Assembly (NCBI GenBank): GCA_003104895.1
Contig: PQAG01000055.1
Location: forward strand, 1-42,288
Direction of reading: 5' to 3'
Length of the DNA stretch: 42,288 bases
Origin: Nitrosomonadales bacterium
GTDB lineage: Bacteria > Pseudomonadota > Gammaproteobacteria > Burkholderiales > Sulfuricellaceae
Made by a program: the position numbers and the translations under genes. Below the pieces are notes generated by a model. That model saw only the letters and a list, made by a program, of their open reading frames with translations, did not search any database and had not been told where the DNA came from. Below, in pieces: positions 1-11,111 of this stretch; the first letter of the stretch is position 1; each line of letters opens with the position of its first letter.

Positions 1-693
1 ACGCTCAAGGACGCCCTGAACGAGGCCATGCGCGACTGGGTCACCAATGTCGAGAGCACCTTCTACATTCTTGGCACGGCGGCAGGCCCGCACCCCTATC
101 CCATGCTGGTGCGCGATTTCCAGTGCGTGATCGGCGAGGAAGCCAAGGTGCAGATGCCGGAAATGACCGGCCGCCAGCCGGATGCCGTGATTGCCTGCGT
201 CGGCGGCGGTTCCAATGCGATCGGGATCTTCTATTCCTACATTCCGGTCGATGGCGTCAAGCTGATCGGCGTCGAGGCCGCCGGCCTGGGGCTTGAAAGC
301 GGCAAGCACGCGGCGCCGCTCAATGCCGGCAAGGCAGGCGTGCTGCATGGTGCGCGCCAGTACCTGATGCAGGACCCCAACGGTCAGATCATCGAAACCC
401 ATTCCATTTCCGCCGGCCTGGATTATCCCGGCGTGGGGCCGGAACACTGCTGGCTCAAGGACAGCGGCCGTGCAGAATATGTTGCCGTGACGGACGATGA
501 AGCCTTGCGCGCCTTCCACGACCTGTGCCGCTTCGAGGGTATTATCCCGGCCCTGGAATCGAGCCACGCCCTGGCCTATGCGGCCAAACTGGCGCCGACC
601 CTGTCCAGGGACAAGGTGCTGCTGGTCAATCTGTCCGGCCGTGGCGACAAGGATATGAACACAGTGGCGGAGCTGTCGGGTATCAAGTTTTGA
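1..693 (+). CDS. trpB: Tryptophan synthase beta subunit, 5'-truncated by window edge
   Basis: Frame is open from base 1 ([14 protein letters not shown]). Motifs [31 protein letters not shown] and NLSGRGDKD; followed by trpA. Confidence 0.98.
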   Translation, partial: TLKDALNEAMRDWVTNVESTFYILGTAAGPHPYPMLVRDFQCVIGEEAKVQMPEMTGRQPDAVIACVGGGSNAIGIFYSYIPVDGVKLIGVEAAGLGLESGKHAAPLNAGKAGVLHGARQYLMQDPNGQIIETHSISAGLDYPGVGPEHCWLKDSGRAEYVAVTDDEALRAFHDLCRFEGIIPALESSHALAYAAKLAPTLSRDKVLLVNLSGRGDKDMNTVAELSGIKF

Positions 694-705
694 AACGGAA
701 TTTTC

Positions 706-1506
706 ATGTCACGCATTGAAGCTACATTCAACAATCTTCGTACTCAGGGGAAAAAAGCCCTGATTCCCTTCATCACCGCCGGTGATCCTTCTCCTGCCCT
801 GACCGTGCCGCTGATGCACAAGCTGGTCGAAGCCGGGGCGGATATCCTCGAGCTGGGGGTGCCGTTCTCCGATCCCATGGCGGACGGGCCCACCATTCAG
901 CGCGCCAGCGAACGTGCCCTGAAGCATGGCGTTGGCCTCAGGGATGTGCTGGCGCTGGTGGCCGAGTTCCGCAAGTCCAATTCAAGCACCCCGGTGGTGC
1001 TGATGGGTTATGCCAACCCGATCGAGGCCATGGGCTACGAACAGTTTGCCCAGGCCGCCGGGAACGCGGGCGTGGACGGCGTGCTGACGGTGGATTATCC
1101 GCCGGAAGAGTGCGCGGGCCTGGCGGCAGCCCTGCAGCAGCGCGATATCGATATGATTTTCCTGCTTTCTCCGACCACCCCGGACAGGCGTTTCCAGCAA
1201 GTGGCCAAGCTGGCGCGGGGCTTCATTTACTATGTTTCGCTCAAGGGCGTGACGGGTTCGGCCAATCTGGACCTGCAGGAAGTCAGCCGCAAGATTCCCG
1301 TCATCCAGGCCGCCGCCAGCCTGCCGGTAGGTGTCGGCTTCGGCATCCGCGATGGCGAAACGGCCAGGGCGGTGGCCCGGTTTGCCGATGCGGTGGTGAT
1401 CGGCAGCCGCATCGTGCAGGAAATCGAAAATTCAGAGGCGGATGCCGCGGCGCAGAATGTATTTGCCCTGGTCAAGGGCATCCGCACTGCCATGGATAGT
1501 AAATAG
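706..1506 (+). CDS. trpA: Tryptophan synthase alpha subunit
   Basis: [35 protein letters not shown] and VGFGI motifs. Confidence 0.98.
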   Translation: MSRIEATFNNLRTQGKKALIPFITAGDPSPALTVPLMHKLVEAGADILELGVPFSDPMADGPTIQRASERALKHGVGLRDVLALVAEFRKSNSSTPVVLMGYANPIEAMGYEQFAQAAGNAGVDGVLTVDYPPEECAGLAAALQQRDIDMIFLLSPTTPDRRFQQVAKLARGFIYYVSLKGVTGSANLDLQEVSRKIPVIQAAASLPVGVGFGIRDGETARAVARFADAVVIGSRIVQEIENSEADAAAQNVFALVKGIRTAMDSK

Positions 1507-1592
1507 TCATCAGTATTCAGTCGTCAGTCTTATAGTGGAGCGGCGATGCCGCGCTTTTACTAATTGGCTGAACACTGGCAACCGACAACCAA
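1504..1592. repeat. Degenerate heptamer tandem repeats forming a long imperfect intergenic hairpin
   Basis: Left arm TAGTCAT-CAGTATT-CAGTCGT-CAGTCTT (1504-1531); apex GCGGC-GAT-GCCGC; right arm contains GGCTGAACACTG (10/12 complementary to CAGTATTCAGTC) then ACTGGCA/ACCGACA units. Confidence 0.6.
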
Positions 1593-1607
1593 ACAAAGGA
1601 TTTGCCC

Positions 1608-2477
1608 ATGAGCTGGTTCCAGAAACTTATTCCCCCCAAGATCAAGCGCAAGATCAGCGGCGACACCAAAAAATCCGTGCCCGAAGGGCTGTGGAGCAAG
1701 TGCCCTACCTGCGAATCGGTGCTGTACCGGACCGATCTGGAAAAAAATCTGGAGGTGTGCCCCAAATGCAGCCATCACTACCGTATTTCTGCCCGCACCC
1801 GTCTTCATTTTCTGCTTGATGCCGAGGGGCGTCACGAAATCGGCGAGAGTGTGGCGCCGGTCGATAGCCTGAAGTTCAAGGACAGCAAGCGCTATGCCGA
1901 TCGCCTCGCGGATGCCAAGCGGGATACCGGCGAGACGGATGCGCTGGTGGTGATGCAGGGTAGTGTCAAGAATGTCCCCCTCGTCGCAGCCGCTTTTGAA
2001 TTCAAATTCATGGGCGGATCCATGGGCTCGGTGGTGGGAGAGCGTTTCGTGCGTGGCGTGGATGTATGCCTCGAAAAACGGCTGCCCTTCGTGTGCTTTT
2101 CCGCCAGCGGCGGTGCACGCATGCAGGAAGGCCTGCTGTCCCTGATGCAGATGGCCAAGACCAGCGCTGCGCTGTCCCGGCTGGGCGACGCCGGACTGCC
2201 GTTCATCTCGGTGCTCACCGATCCCACCATGGGCGGCGTTTCCGCCAGCTTTGCCATGCTCGGCGACATCATCGTGGCGGAGCCTAATGCCCTGATCGGC
2301 TTTGCCGGGCCGCGCGTGATCGAGCAAACGGTGCGCGAAACCTTGCCAGATGGCTTCCAGCGTGCTGAATTCCTGGTTGCGCATGGTGCGGTGGACCTGA
2401 TCGTTGATCGCCGCCAGATGCGCGACCGGCTTGCCAACCTGCTCACCATGATGTCGCGCATGCCTGCTGCGGCCTGA
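1608..2477 (+). CDS. accD: Acetyl-CoA carboxylase carboxyltransferase beta subunit
   Basis: [12 protein letters not shown]...CPKC zinc ribbon, [30 protein letters not shown] at 1608 follows AAAGGA. Confidence 0.98.
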   Translation: MSWFQKLIPPKIKRKISGDTKKSVPEGLWSKCPTCESVLYRTDLEKNLEVCPKCSHHYRISARTRLHFLLDAEGRHEIGESVAPVDSLKFKDSKRYADRLADAKRDTGETDALVVMQGSVKNVPLVAAAFEFKFMGGSMGSVVGERFVRGVDVCLEKRLPFVCFSASGGARMQEGLLSLMQMAKTSAALSRLGDAGLPFISVLTDPTMGGVSASFAMLGDIIVAEPNALIGFAGPRVIEQTVRETLPDGFQRAEFLVAHGAVDLIVDRRQMRDRLANLLTMMSRMPAAA

Positions 2478-2499
2478 GTTCCGCGCAGACTGGGGCGAT

Positions 2500-3798
2500 A
2501 TGTCAACTCTGCCCGTGGAGCTGCCTCAGCTCCCAGCTTCCAGCCCTCAGCGCGCGCTTTCCGGCTGGCTGGCCTATCTTGAGCGCCTGCACCCGAAGAC
2601 CATCGAACTGGGGCTGGAGCGCATCAATCAGGTCAGGGCGCGGCTCCTGCTCCAGCCGTCTTTCCCCATCATCACCGTCGGCGGCACCAACGGAAAAGGG
2701 TCCACCTGCGCCATGCTGGAAGCCATTCTGGCGGCAGCGGGATACAGGACCGGCCTTTATACTTCGCCCCACCTGCTGCGCTACAACGAACGCGTGCGCA
2801 TCGCCAGCCAGGAAGCATCCGACGCGGCTTTATGCGAAGCCTTTGCCGCGGTGGAAGCCGCGCGCGGCGAAGTTTCACTGAGCTATTTCGAATTCGGCAC
2901 CCTTGCTGCCATGTGGCTGTTTCAGCAGCAGGCCGACGTGGCCATTCTGGAAGTGGGTCTGGGCGGGCGGCTCGATGCGGTGAACGCCTTCAATGCCGAT
3001 TGCGCCATTGTGACCAGCGTGGATCTCGATCACATGGATTACCTCGGCGATGACCGCGAAAGCATCGGCTGGGAGAAGGCGGGCATATTCCGGGCCGGCA
3101 AGCCTGCAGTGTGCGCGGATGCAGACCCGCCGCGCCGCCTGCTCGATCATGCAGCGCAAATCGGCGCAGATCTGAAGCTGATCGGGAGAGATTTCATTGC
3201 GCAGCGTGAGGCCGCGCAATGGCAGTTTGCGAGCCATGACGGCTGGCGCCTTGCGTTGCCATTCCCGGCTTTGCGCGGAGGCTACCAGCTCGATAATGCC
3301 AGCGCCTGTCTTGCCGCCCTGGAGGCGCTCAGGGAACGGCTGCCCGTGACTCCCGGTGACATCCGCCGCGGCCTGCTGGAGGCTGCCGTTCCAGGACGCT
3401 TCCAGGTGCTGCCTGGACGGCCTGTGATAATCCTCGACGTGGCCCACAACCCGCATGCGGCGCGGGCGCTGGCGGCCAATTTGCGCGAGATGGACCAGCA
3501 CGGCAGGACCATCGCGGTATTTGCCATGCTGGCCGACAAGGACGTCAGCGGGGTGGTTTCCGCGCTGCAGGATGTCATCGACCTGTGGCTGGTCTCCGGG
3601 ATCGACCACCCGCGCGGGATGGATGCAGCCGCATTGGCCGCTCATGTGGCTGACCTGGCCCATGAAGTGTTTCCCGACATCGCCGCCGCCTATCGCCATG
3701 CCTGCCAAATTGCGGGTGAAGGTGATAGAATTGCGGCCTTCGGCTCGTTCCATACCGTGGCCGAAGTCATGCAGCAACGAATGCCCATTTGTTCATGA
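2500..3798 (+). CDS. folC: Bifunctional folylpolyglutamate synthase/dihydrofolate synthase
   Basis: VGGTNGKGST P-loop, YTSPHL, LEVGLGGRLDAVN, DVAHNPHA; accD-folC synteny. Confidence 0.97.
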   Translation: MSTLPVELPQLPASSPQRALSGWLAYLERLHPKTIELGLERINQVRARLLLQPSFPIITVGGTNGKGSTCAMLEAILAAAGYRTGLYTSPHLLRYNERVRIASQEASDAALCEAFAAVEAARGEVSLSYFEFGTLAAMWLFQQQADVAILEVGLGGRLDAVNAFNADCAIVTSVDLDHMDYLGDDRESIGWEKAGIFRAGKPAVCADADPPRRLLDHAAQIGADLKLIGRDFIAQREAAQWQFASHDGWRLALPFPALRGGYQLDNASACLAALEALRERLPVTPGDIRRGLLEAAVPGRFQVLPGRPVIILDVAHNPHAARALAANLREMDQHGRTIAVFAMLADKDVSGVVSALQDVIDLWLVSGIDHPRGMDAAALAAHVADLAHEVFPDIAAAYRHACQIAGEGDRIAAFGSFHTVAEVMQQRMPICS

Positions 3799-3814
3799 AC
3801 GAGCCCTAAACTGA

Positions 3815-4486
3815 ATGGCAAACCAGCCTTCCCCCACTGTTGAAGAGCTTCAACTCCGCAAACGCGCACGCCGCCGCCTGATCGGCGCGGTCACGCTGGT
3901 TGTTCTGATGGTCACGGCGCTGCCCATGATACTGGATGACGAGCCCAAACCGGTCGGGCAGGACATCGCCATCAGCATTCCCTCCCCGCAGGGCGCTGAT
4001 GCCCCGCTCAAGGCAGAGCCCGCACCCGTGCCACCCAAGCCGTCCCCTTCGGAAGGCTTGCCGCCAGTGCAGCCCGTTGTTCCCGCCGAGCCCCAAAAGC
4101 CTGTTGCCGCGGTGGAAAAGGCAGTTGAGCCCAAGCCGAAGCCAGCCCCCGCTGTGAAGGAAGAGAAACCTGCTGAACCGCCCAAAGCGCCAGCCGAAAA
4201 GCCCAAGGAGGCCAAGCCTGTTGCCAAGGCGCCTGACCAACAGCACGCAGGCAGCACCTATGTTGTCCTGCTCGGCGCATTCCTGGGCGAGGCCAATGCC
4301 AGGCAGCGGCAGGCCAAACTGAAAGAGCTTGGCGTCAAATATTACGTTGAAAAAATCAAATCGCCTGCAGGCGAGAAAATCGCTGTTCGCGCCGGACCTT
4401 ATCCCAGCCGCCAGGATGCCGAGCATGCGCTGGCCAGGCTGAGGGCGGCTGGAATCACGGACGGCATGGTGGCCGAAAAGAAGTAA
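3815..4486 (+). CDS. dedD: SPOR-domain cell division protein DedD
   Basis: RARRRLIGAV plus a TM helix, a Pro/Lys/Glu-rich linker and a C-terminal SPOR-like domain; lies between folC and cvpA. Confidence 0.88.
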   Translation: MANQPSPTVEELQLRKRARRRLIGAVTLVVLMVTALPMILDDEPKPVGQDIAISIPSPQGADAPLKAEPAPVPPKPSPSEGLPPVQPVVPAEPQKPVAAVEKAVEPKPKPAPAVKEEKPAEPPKAPAEKPKEAKPVAKAPDQQHAGSTYVVLLGAFLGEANARQRQAKLKELGVKYYVEKIKSPAGEKIAVRAGPYPSRQDAEHALARLRAAGITDGMVAEKK

Positions 4487-4508
4487 TTTTTCCAAGCCTG
4501 GCTGACGA

Positions 4509-5000
4509 ATGACGGTTTTTGATTACACGGTGTTGCTGATTGTCGGGCTGTCCATTCTGCTCAGCGTGATGCGCGGTGCGGTGCGTGAAATCCTTGCTCT
4601 GGCTTCCTGGGTGGCGGCTTTTCTGGCGGCCAACACGTATGCCGTGTGGCTGGCGGCGCAGCTGCCGGCGGCAATACCTGGCGAGCCACTGAAATTGCTG
4701 GCAGCATTTGTCATCCTGTTCCTGATCGTATTGCTGCTGATGAGCCTGTTTGCCATTGCATTGTCGGAACTGGTCAAGACCGTCGGGCTGGGCACCTTCG
4801 ATCGCGGGGTCGGCGCCATTTTCGGCTTTGCGCGAGGCCTGCTGATCGTGATGGTGCTGGTGCTCCTTGCCGGACTGACTTCCTTGCCGCACCAGCCGTT
4901 GTGGCGTGATGCAATGTTCAGCGCGCCGCTTGAGGCCCTGACCATGAAAGCCAGGGTGTGGCTGCCGGATGATTTTGCCAAACGGCTCAGTTATGAATAA
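4509..5000 (+). CDS. cvpA: CvpA (colicin V production) family membrane protein
   Basis: Four hydrophobic segments, RGAVREIL and DRGVGAIFGFARG motifs; directly upstream of purF. Confidence 0.93.
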   Translation: MTVFDYTVLLIVGLSILLSVMRGAVREILALASWVAAFLAANTYAVWLAAQLPAAIPGEPLKLLAAFVILFLIVLLLMSLFAIALSELVKTVGLGTFDRGVGAIFGFARGLLIVMVLVLLAGLTSLPHQPLWRDAMFSAPLEALTMKARVWLPDDFAKRLSYE

Positions 5001-5026
5001 CTCTCTTCTGAAATAGGCTCTAAACC

Positions 5027-6547
<1,521 letters not shown>

Positions 6548-6617
6548 AGCCGGGCTGGCCAACATCCCCGGATTGATCCGGTTCATTCAGGCCGCGTCCC
6601 GCCTGCCAGGCCCATTC

Positions 6618-6646
6618 TTGACATCCGAATCCGGCAGGCGTAGTTT
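6618..6646 (+). promoter_or_regulatory. Sigma70-type promoter for the metZ leader
   Basis: TTGACA (6618-6623), 17 nt, TAGTTT (6641-6646). Predicted start near 6653 coincides with the riboswitch 5' end. Confidence 0.75.
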
Positions 6647-6652
6647 TCGAAC

Positions 6653-6703
6653 TGCGCCGATTTGAGAGACAGCTTGCGGGCGCATGACAAATGCGGCTAA
6701 AGC
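6653..6703 (+). ncRNA. SAM-II (SAM_alpha-type) riboswitch aptamer
   Basis: P1 UGCGCC(6653-58)/GGCGCA(6679-84); pseudoknot AUUUG(6660-64)/CAAAU(6688-92); UUGC and 3' GCUAAAG(6696-6702). Located upstream of a methionine biosynthesis gene. Confidence 0.88.
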
Positions 6704-6708
6704 GTGGC

Positions 6709-6739
6709 AAACCCGTCCGCGCCAGTGAACGGGTTTTTT
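6709..6739 (+). terminator. Intrinsic terminator (riboswitch expression platform)
   Basis: AAACCCGT-c-CGC-gcca-GTG-a-ACGGGTTT followed by further T residues, between aptamer and metZ start. Confidence 0.8.
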
Positions 6740-6783
6740 GTTGCCCCGCTATCATCTCGATTCATCCATTACGGGGAAAAACC

Positions 6784-7956
6784 ATGAACGACGAATTCGA
6801 TCTTGAAACCCTGGCCGTGCGCGCCGGGACGGTACGCAGCCAGTTCAACGAACATTCCGAGGCGATGTTCCTCACCTCCAGCTTCGTGTTCGAGAACGCG
6901 GCGCAGGCCGCCGCGCGCTTTGGCGGGCAGGAGCCGGGCAACATCTACTCGCGCTTCACCAACCCCACCGTCAGCATGCTGCAGGAGCGGCTGGCGGCGC
7001 TGGAGGGAGCGGAGTTCTGTGTTGCCACGTCCAGCGGCATGTCCGCCATCCTGGCCTGTGTGATGGGCCTGCTTTCCGCGGGCGATCACATTGTCGCCTC
7101 GCGCAGCATCTTCGGCACCACGGTGCAGCTGTTCGGCAATATCATGAAGCGCTTCGGGGTGGAAACCACCTTCGTGCCGCTGGCCGAGCCCGCTGCCTGG
7201 GAACAGGCGGTTCAGCCCAATACCAGGCTGTTCTTCGTCGAGACGCCTTCCAACCCGCTCACGGAGGTGTGCGACATCGCCGAGCTGGCCGCTATCGCGC
7301 ACAAGGCCGGCGCCTGGCTGGCGGTGGACAATTGCTTCTGCACCCCCATCCTGCAGCGCCCGCTCGATCTGGGGGCGGACATCGTGATCCACTCTGCGAC
7401 CAAGTACCTCGACGGCCAGGGCCGCGTGCTGGGCGGCGCGGTGCTGGGCAGCAGGCAGCTCATGGAAGGGGTGTACGGCTTCCTGCGCACGGCCGGACCG
7501 ACGCTTTCCGCCTTCAATGCCTGGGTGATCCTGAAGGGGCTCGAAACCCTCAAAATCCGCATGGACGCGCATTCGCGCAATGCGCTGGAACTGGCGCAGT
7601 GGCTGGAAACCCAGCCCTGGGTGGAGCGCGTGTACTATCCCGGGCTGCCTTCGCATACCCAGCACGCGCTGGCGATGAAGCAGCAGAAAACCGGCGGCGG
7701 CATCGTGGCCTTCGACGTCAGAGGCGGCAAGGATGCGGCCTGGCGCCTGGTGGATGCAACGCGCATGGTTTCGATCACCGCCAACCTGGGGGACACCAAG
7801 ACCACCATCACCCATCCTGCCACCACCACCCACAGCCGGGTCTCGGCCGAAGCGCGGGCTGCGGCAGGCATTGGCGACGGCCTGCTGCGTGTGGCGGTGG
7901 GGCTGGAATCCGTTGAGGACATCAAGGCCGATCTGGCGCGCGGGCTGAATAGCTGA
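6784..7956 (+). CDS. metZ: O-succinylhomoserine sulfhydrylase
   Basis: [31 protein letters not shown] lysine [21 protein letters not shown]. Start set at 6784 (MNDEF) after GGGGAAAA. Confidence 0.95.
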   Translation: MNDEFDLETLAVRAGTVRSQFNEHSEAMFLTSSFVFENAAQAAARFGGQEPGNIYSRFTNPTVSMLQERLAALEGAEFCVATSSGMSAILACVMGLLSAGDHIVASRSIFGTTVQLFGNIMKRFGVETTFVPLAEPAAWEQAVQPNTRLFFVETPSNPLTEVCDIAELAAIAHKAGAWLAVDNCFCTPILQRPLDLGADIVIHSATKYLDGQGRVLGGAVLGSRQLMEGVYGFLRTAGPTLSAFNAWVILKGLETLKIRMDAHSRNALELAQWLETQPWVERVYYPGLPSHTQHALAMKQQKTGGGIVAFDVRGGKDAAWRLVDATRMVSITANLGDTKTTITHPATTTHSRVSAEARAAAGIGDGLLRVAVGLESVEDIKADLARGLNS

Positions 7957-8030
7957 TTCTTGCTTCTTCTTCCAGGCAGCCAGTTGCTGCATTGCGGACA
8001 ATGGAACGAACATTTCAAGGGAGAAGAAAA

Positions 8031-9140
8031 ATGACCAAATACATCGGCATCCTGACTTCCGGCGGCGACAGCCCCGGGCTGAATGCGGCCATTCGCGGCG
8101 TGGGCAAGGCCTGTATCGGCCATTACGGCATGCACATCATCGGTTTCCGCGACGGCTTCCGCGGCCTGATGGAGAACCGCACCATGCGTCTGGATGGCGG
8201 CGAGCTGTCCGGGATTCTGACGCGTGGCGGCACGATCCTGGGCACCAGCCGGGACAAGCCGCACCGCATGCCGGTGGGGGGCAAGGTGCTGGACATGACC
8301 GATGTCATCGCCGGCAACTACCACGACAATCACCTCGACGCGCTGGTCTGCCTGGGCGGCGGCGGGACGCAGAAAAATGCCCTGCGCCTCAAGCAAAAAG
8401 GCCTGAATGTCATCACCCTGCCCAAGACCATCGACAACGATGTCGCCATGACCGACATCACTTTCGGCTTCGATACCGCGCTGGGCATCGCCACCGAGGC
8501 CATGGACCGTCTGCACAGCACGGCCCACAGCCACCACCGCATCATCGTGGTGGAAATCATGGGCCACCGCGCCGGCTGGCTGGCGCTGGGGGCGGGCATC
8601 GCCGGTGGCGCCGACGTGATCCTGATCCCGGAAATTCCCTACGAGGTGGAAAGCGTGGCCGAGGCGATCCGCGAGCGCAGCCGCAACGGCAAGCCGTTCA
8701 GCATCGTTGCGGTGGCGGAAGGGGCGATTTCGATGCAGGACCATCTCGCCATGCAGGCGGCGCAGGAGAAAAAAACCAAGGGCAGCAAGAAAGTGGCTGT
8801 TCCTCCTGCGCATGCGACGGAAATCCAGTATGCCGACCATACCCTGCGCCTGGCGAAAAAACTGGAGCAGCTCACCGGCCTGGAGGCGCGCGTCACCATC
8901 CTCGGGCATTTGCAGCGCGGCGGCATTCCTTCCGCGGCGGACCGCCTGCTGGCGACGCGCCTTGGCACCGCCTGCGCTGACCTGATCAGTCAGGGGCATT
9001 ATGGCGTCATGGTTGCCGCCAAGGGGGATGGGACCCGGGCAGTCAAACTCGAGGACGTGGCGGGAAAGGTCAAGACCGTGCCCCCCGGCCATCCGTGGGT
9101 GGAAAGCGCACGCCGCGTGGGCACCAATCTGGGCGACTGA
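8031..9140 (+). CDS. pfkA: 6-phosphofructokinase, group III-like (ATP/PPi family)
   Basis: [56 protein letters not shown] upstream of ATG 8031. Confidence 0.92.
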   Translation: MTKYIGILTSGGDSPGLNAAIRGVGKACIGHYGMHIIGFRDGFRGLMENRTMRLDGGELSGILTRGGTILGTSRDKPHRMPVGGKVLDMTDVIAGNYHDNHLDALVCLGGGGTQKNALRLKQKGLNVITLPKTIDNDVAMTDITFGFDTALGIATEAMDRLHSTAHSHHRIIVVEIMGHRAGWLALGAGIAGGADVILIPEIPYEVESVAEAIRERSRNGKPFSIVAVAEGAISMQDHLAMQAAQEKKTKGSKKVAVPPAHATEIQYADHTLRLAKKLEQLTGLEARVTILGHLQRGGIPSAADRLLATRLGTACADLISQGHYGVMVAAKGDGTRAVKLEDVAGKVKTVPPGHPWVESARRVGTNLGD

Positions 9141-9190
9141 GTGGCAATATGGGTTTTTTTGGCGTCATCAATAAATAAAAGGAAAAAAAG

Positions 9191-9433
9191 ATGGATGGAG
9201 AAAACCGCGGCGCTTCAAAACCGGTTCCGGATAACCTGAATCAAGTGCTCAATGAGTTGCAGATGATGGCTCTGCGCCGGATCGAAAGTTTTGGCTGGGA
9301 ACTGCGCTTTGTGCGCCGGCCCAGCCTTAAACAACCCATTCCCGTGGTGTCCAACGCCGAAGGCACGACCATAGGCGTGCTGGAGGAAGATGGCCGGGTC
9401 AACCTGGAGCATGATGTCAGGCTGCGCCGCTGA
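9191..9433 (+). CDS. Small hypothetical protein (80 aa)
   Basis: AAGGA RBS; protein-like composition (FGWELRFVRRP...GVLEEDG); no function recognised. Confidence 0.75.
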   Translation: MDGENRGASKPVPDNLNQVLNELQMMALRRIESFGWELRFVRRPSLKQPIPVVSNAEGTTIGVLEEDGRVNLEHDVRLRR

Positions 9434-9614
9434 GATTATTTTATGAGGCGGCGGAAGACGGCTGGAAGCGCATGCAGGCCCCGCATCCAGGTTCTGCGCC
9501 CAGACCAGCGCATCAATACGGTTGATATTCGCGGCCGGTCATTGTGATTGAAATGAGAATTTATGGCCAGGCTGGCGGCTGGCAATGGCGGCTCTATGTG
9601 CCAGCATAATGCAA

Positions 9615-9631
9615 TGGCATAATTCGTGCCG
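9615..9631. promoter_or_regulatory. Candidate sigma54 (-24/-12) element or palindromic operator
   Basis: TGGCATAATTCGTGCCG gives GG-N10-GC on both strands (minus strand reads CGGCACGAATTATGC). Confidence 0.35.
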
Positions 9632-9852
9632 ATGGTATAAAAAATTTTCTGGCCCAGGTGTTTGCGCTATTAATGGTCTCCAGCCGGATTGTTAAAGAAA
9701 TCCGAGGCGCCCCTGAGTGACTGTCATGCTCATGCAGGCTCTTCTTTTTTTGCGGCCAATTGCGGCTTGTATCCAGAAACCTTTTAGAAGATATGGTCTT
9801 GGCTCACCTTGAAACGGTGATAGCCTGATGATGTTTCGAGGTTTTACTTGTG

Positions 9853-9881
9853 TTGACAAAAGCCAAACGCAGCAGGATCAT
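9853..9881 (+). promoter_or_regulatory. Candidate sigma70 promoter of the signalling operon
   Basis: TTGACA (9853-9858), 17 nt, GATCAT (weak -10), about 120 nt upstream of ATG 10002. Confidence 0.3.
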
Positions 9882-10001
9882 GTTGAGGAAAAACAAGACT
9901 AATTGATATTTTAAGCCATCCAGATAAAAGGATGTTGGTGCCCGTTTTCGATGTAACGCGATCCACCTTTGACTTGTTCAGAGATTCCCTCAGGAGCTGC
10001 C

Positions 10002-11111
10002 ATGGCGGAGTTGACCCATCAAACGATATTGATAGTTGACGACTCCCCCGAGAACCTCACCATTCTCAGCGGGTTGCTTCAGCCGCTCTACCGGGTGCGT
10101 GCGGCCACCTCCGGCCAGAAAGCCTTGCGCATTGCCGGTACCGCGCCGCGCCCGGACCTGATACTTCTCGATGTGATGATGCCGGGCATGGACGGTTACC
10201 AGGTCTTCGAGCGGCTGCGCGCCGACCCCCTCACCCGCGACATCCCGGTCATCTTCGTGACTGCCATGGACAGCACCGAGGCGGAGATGCATGGCCTTGA
10301 AGCCGGTGCGGTGGATTACATCACCAAACCCATCGTGCCGCCCATCGTGCTGGCCCGTGTCCACACCCAGCTGGAGCTGAAGGAGGCCCGGGACTGGCTG
10401 CGCGACCAGAACAGCTATCTGGAGGCCGAAGTCACGAAACGCATGGCGGAAAACGAGTTGATCCAGGAAGTGTCTATCCGCGCCTTGGCCCACCTGGCGG
10501 AAACGCGGGATCCTGAAACGGGCAATCACATTCTGCGCACCCAGGGCTATGTCCATCAGCTTGCGCTGGGACTGCGGACGCACCCGCGTTTTGCATCGAC
10601 ACTGAATGAACGCTATATCAAGCTGCTGACGCGCTCGGCCCCGCTGCACGATATCGGCAAGGTGGGCGTGCCGGACTCCATCCTGCGAAAGCCCGGCCAG
10701 CTCACTGCGGAAGAGTGGGAAATCATGAAAACCCATGCCCGGCTCGGCAGCGAAGCCATCGAGCTGGCTGAGCGGGATGCCGTCGAGCCGGTGGATTTCC
10801 TTGCCCTGGCCAAGGAAATCGCCCGCTGGCATCACGAAAAATGGGATGGCAGCGGGTATCCCGACGGCCTGGCTGGGGACGCCATCCCGGTTTCGGCGCG
10901 CATCATGGCCCTGGCCGACGTCTTCGATGCCCTGATCTCGCAGCGCGTCTACAAACCCCCCATGCCCTACGAGCAAGCACGGGAGATCATTGCGGCGGGG
11001 CAAGGCCGGCATTTCGATCCGGACATGGTCGATGCCTTCTTCGCCCGCTTTGGCGTCTTTTGCGACATCGCCGACTGCCATCGCGATGGCCCGCCTGAAA
11101 GAACGCCATGA
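10002..11111 (+). CDS. REC + HD-GYP response regulator (RpfG-like c-di-GMP phosphodiesterase)
   Basis: REC (ILIVDD, LILLDVMMP, YITKP), then ETRDPETGNH, LHDIGKVG, HHEKWDGSGYP, ADVFDAL, RVYK. AGGAG RBS before ATG 10002. Confidence 0.93.
   Translation: MAELTHQTILIVDDSPENLTILSGLLQPLYRVRAATSGQKALRIAGTAPRPDLILLDVMMPGMDGYQVFERLRADPLTRDIPVIFVTAMDSTEAEMHGLEAGAVDYITKPIVPPIVLARVHTQLELKEARDWLRDQNSYLEAEVTKRMAENELIQEVSIRALAHLAETRDPETGNHILRTQGYVHQLALGLRTHPRFASTLNERYIKLLTRSAPLHDIGKVGVPDSILRKPGQLTAEEWEIMKTHARLGSEAIELAERDAVEPVDFLALAKEIARWHHEKWDGSGYPDGLAGDAIPVSARIMALADVFDALISQRVYKPPMPYEQAREIIAAGQGRHFDPDMVDAFFARFGVFCDIADCHRDGPPERTP

Noticed and set aside
3990..4240. Low-complexity repeats in dedD
   Set aside because: Normal Pro/Lys/Glu/Ala linker of SPOR proteins.
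6691..6783. 31-aa N-terminal extension of metZ in the ORF track, or a leader peptide
   Set aside because: The ATG at 6691 lies inside the SAM-II pseudoknot with no RBS and the frame crosses the terminator; MetZ-like sequence starts at 6784.
9443..9547. 34-codon ORF MRRRKTAG...
   Set aside because: No RBS and no recognisable protein features.
9548..9570. Fur-box-like AATGAGAAT
   Set aside because: Only about 10 of 19 positions match, the right half is absent, and no iron-related gene is adjacent.
9774..9840. Hammerhead-like words GAAAC...GTC...CTGATGA
   Set aside because: Stem I does not close directly on the cleavage triplet and stem II cannot form, so the core geometry fails.
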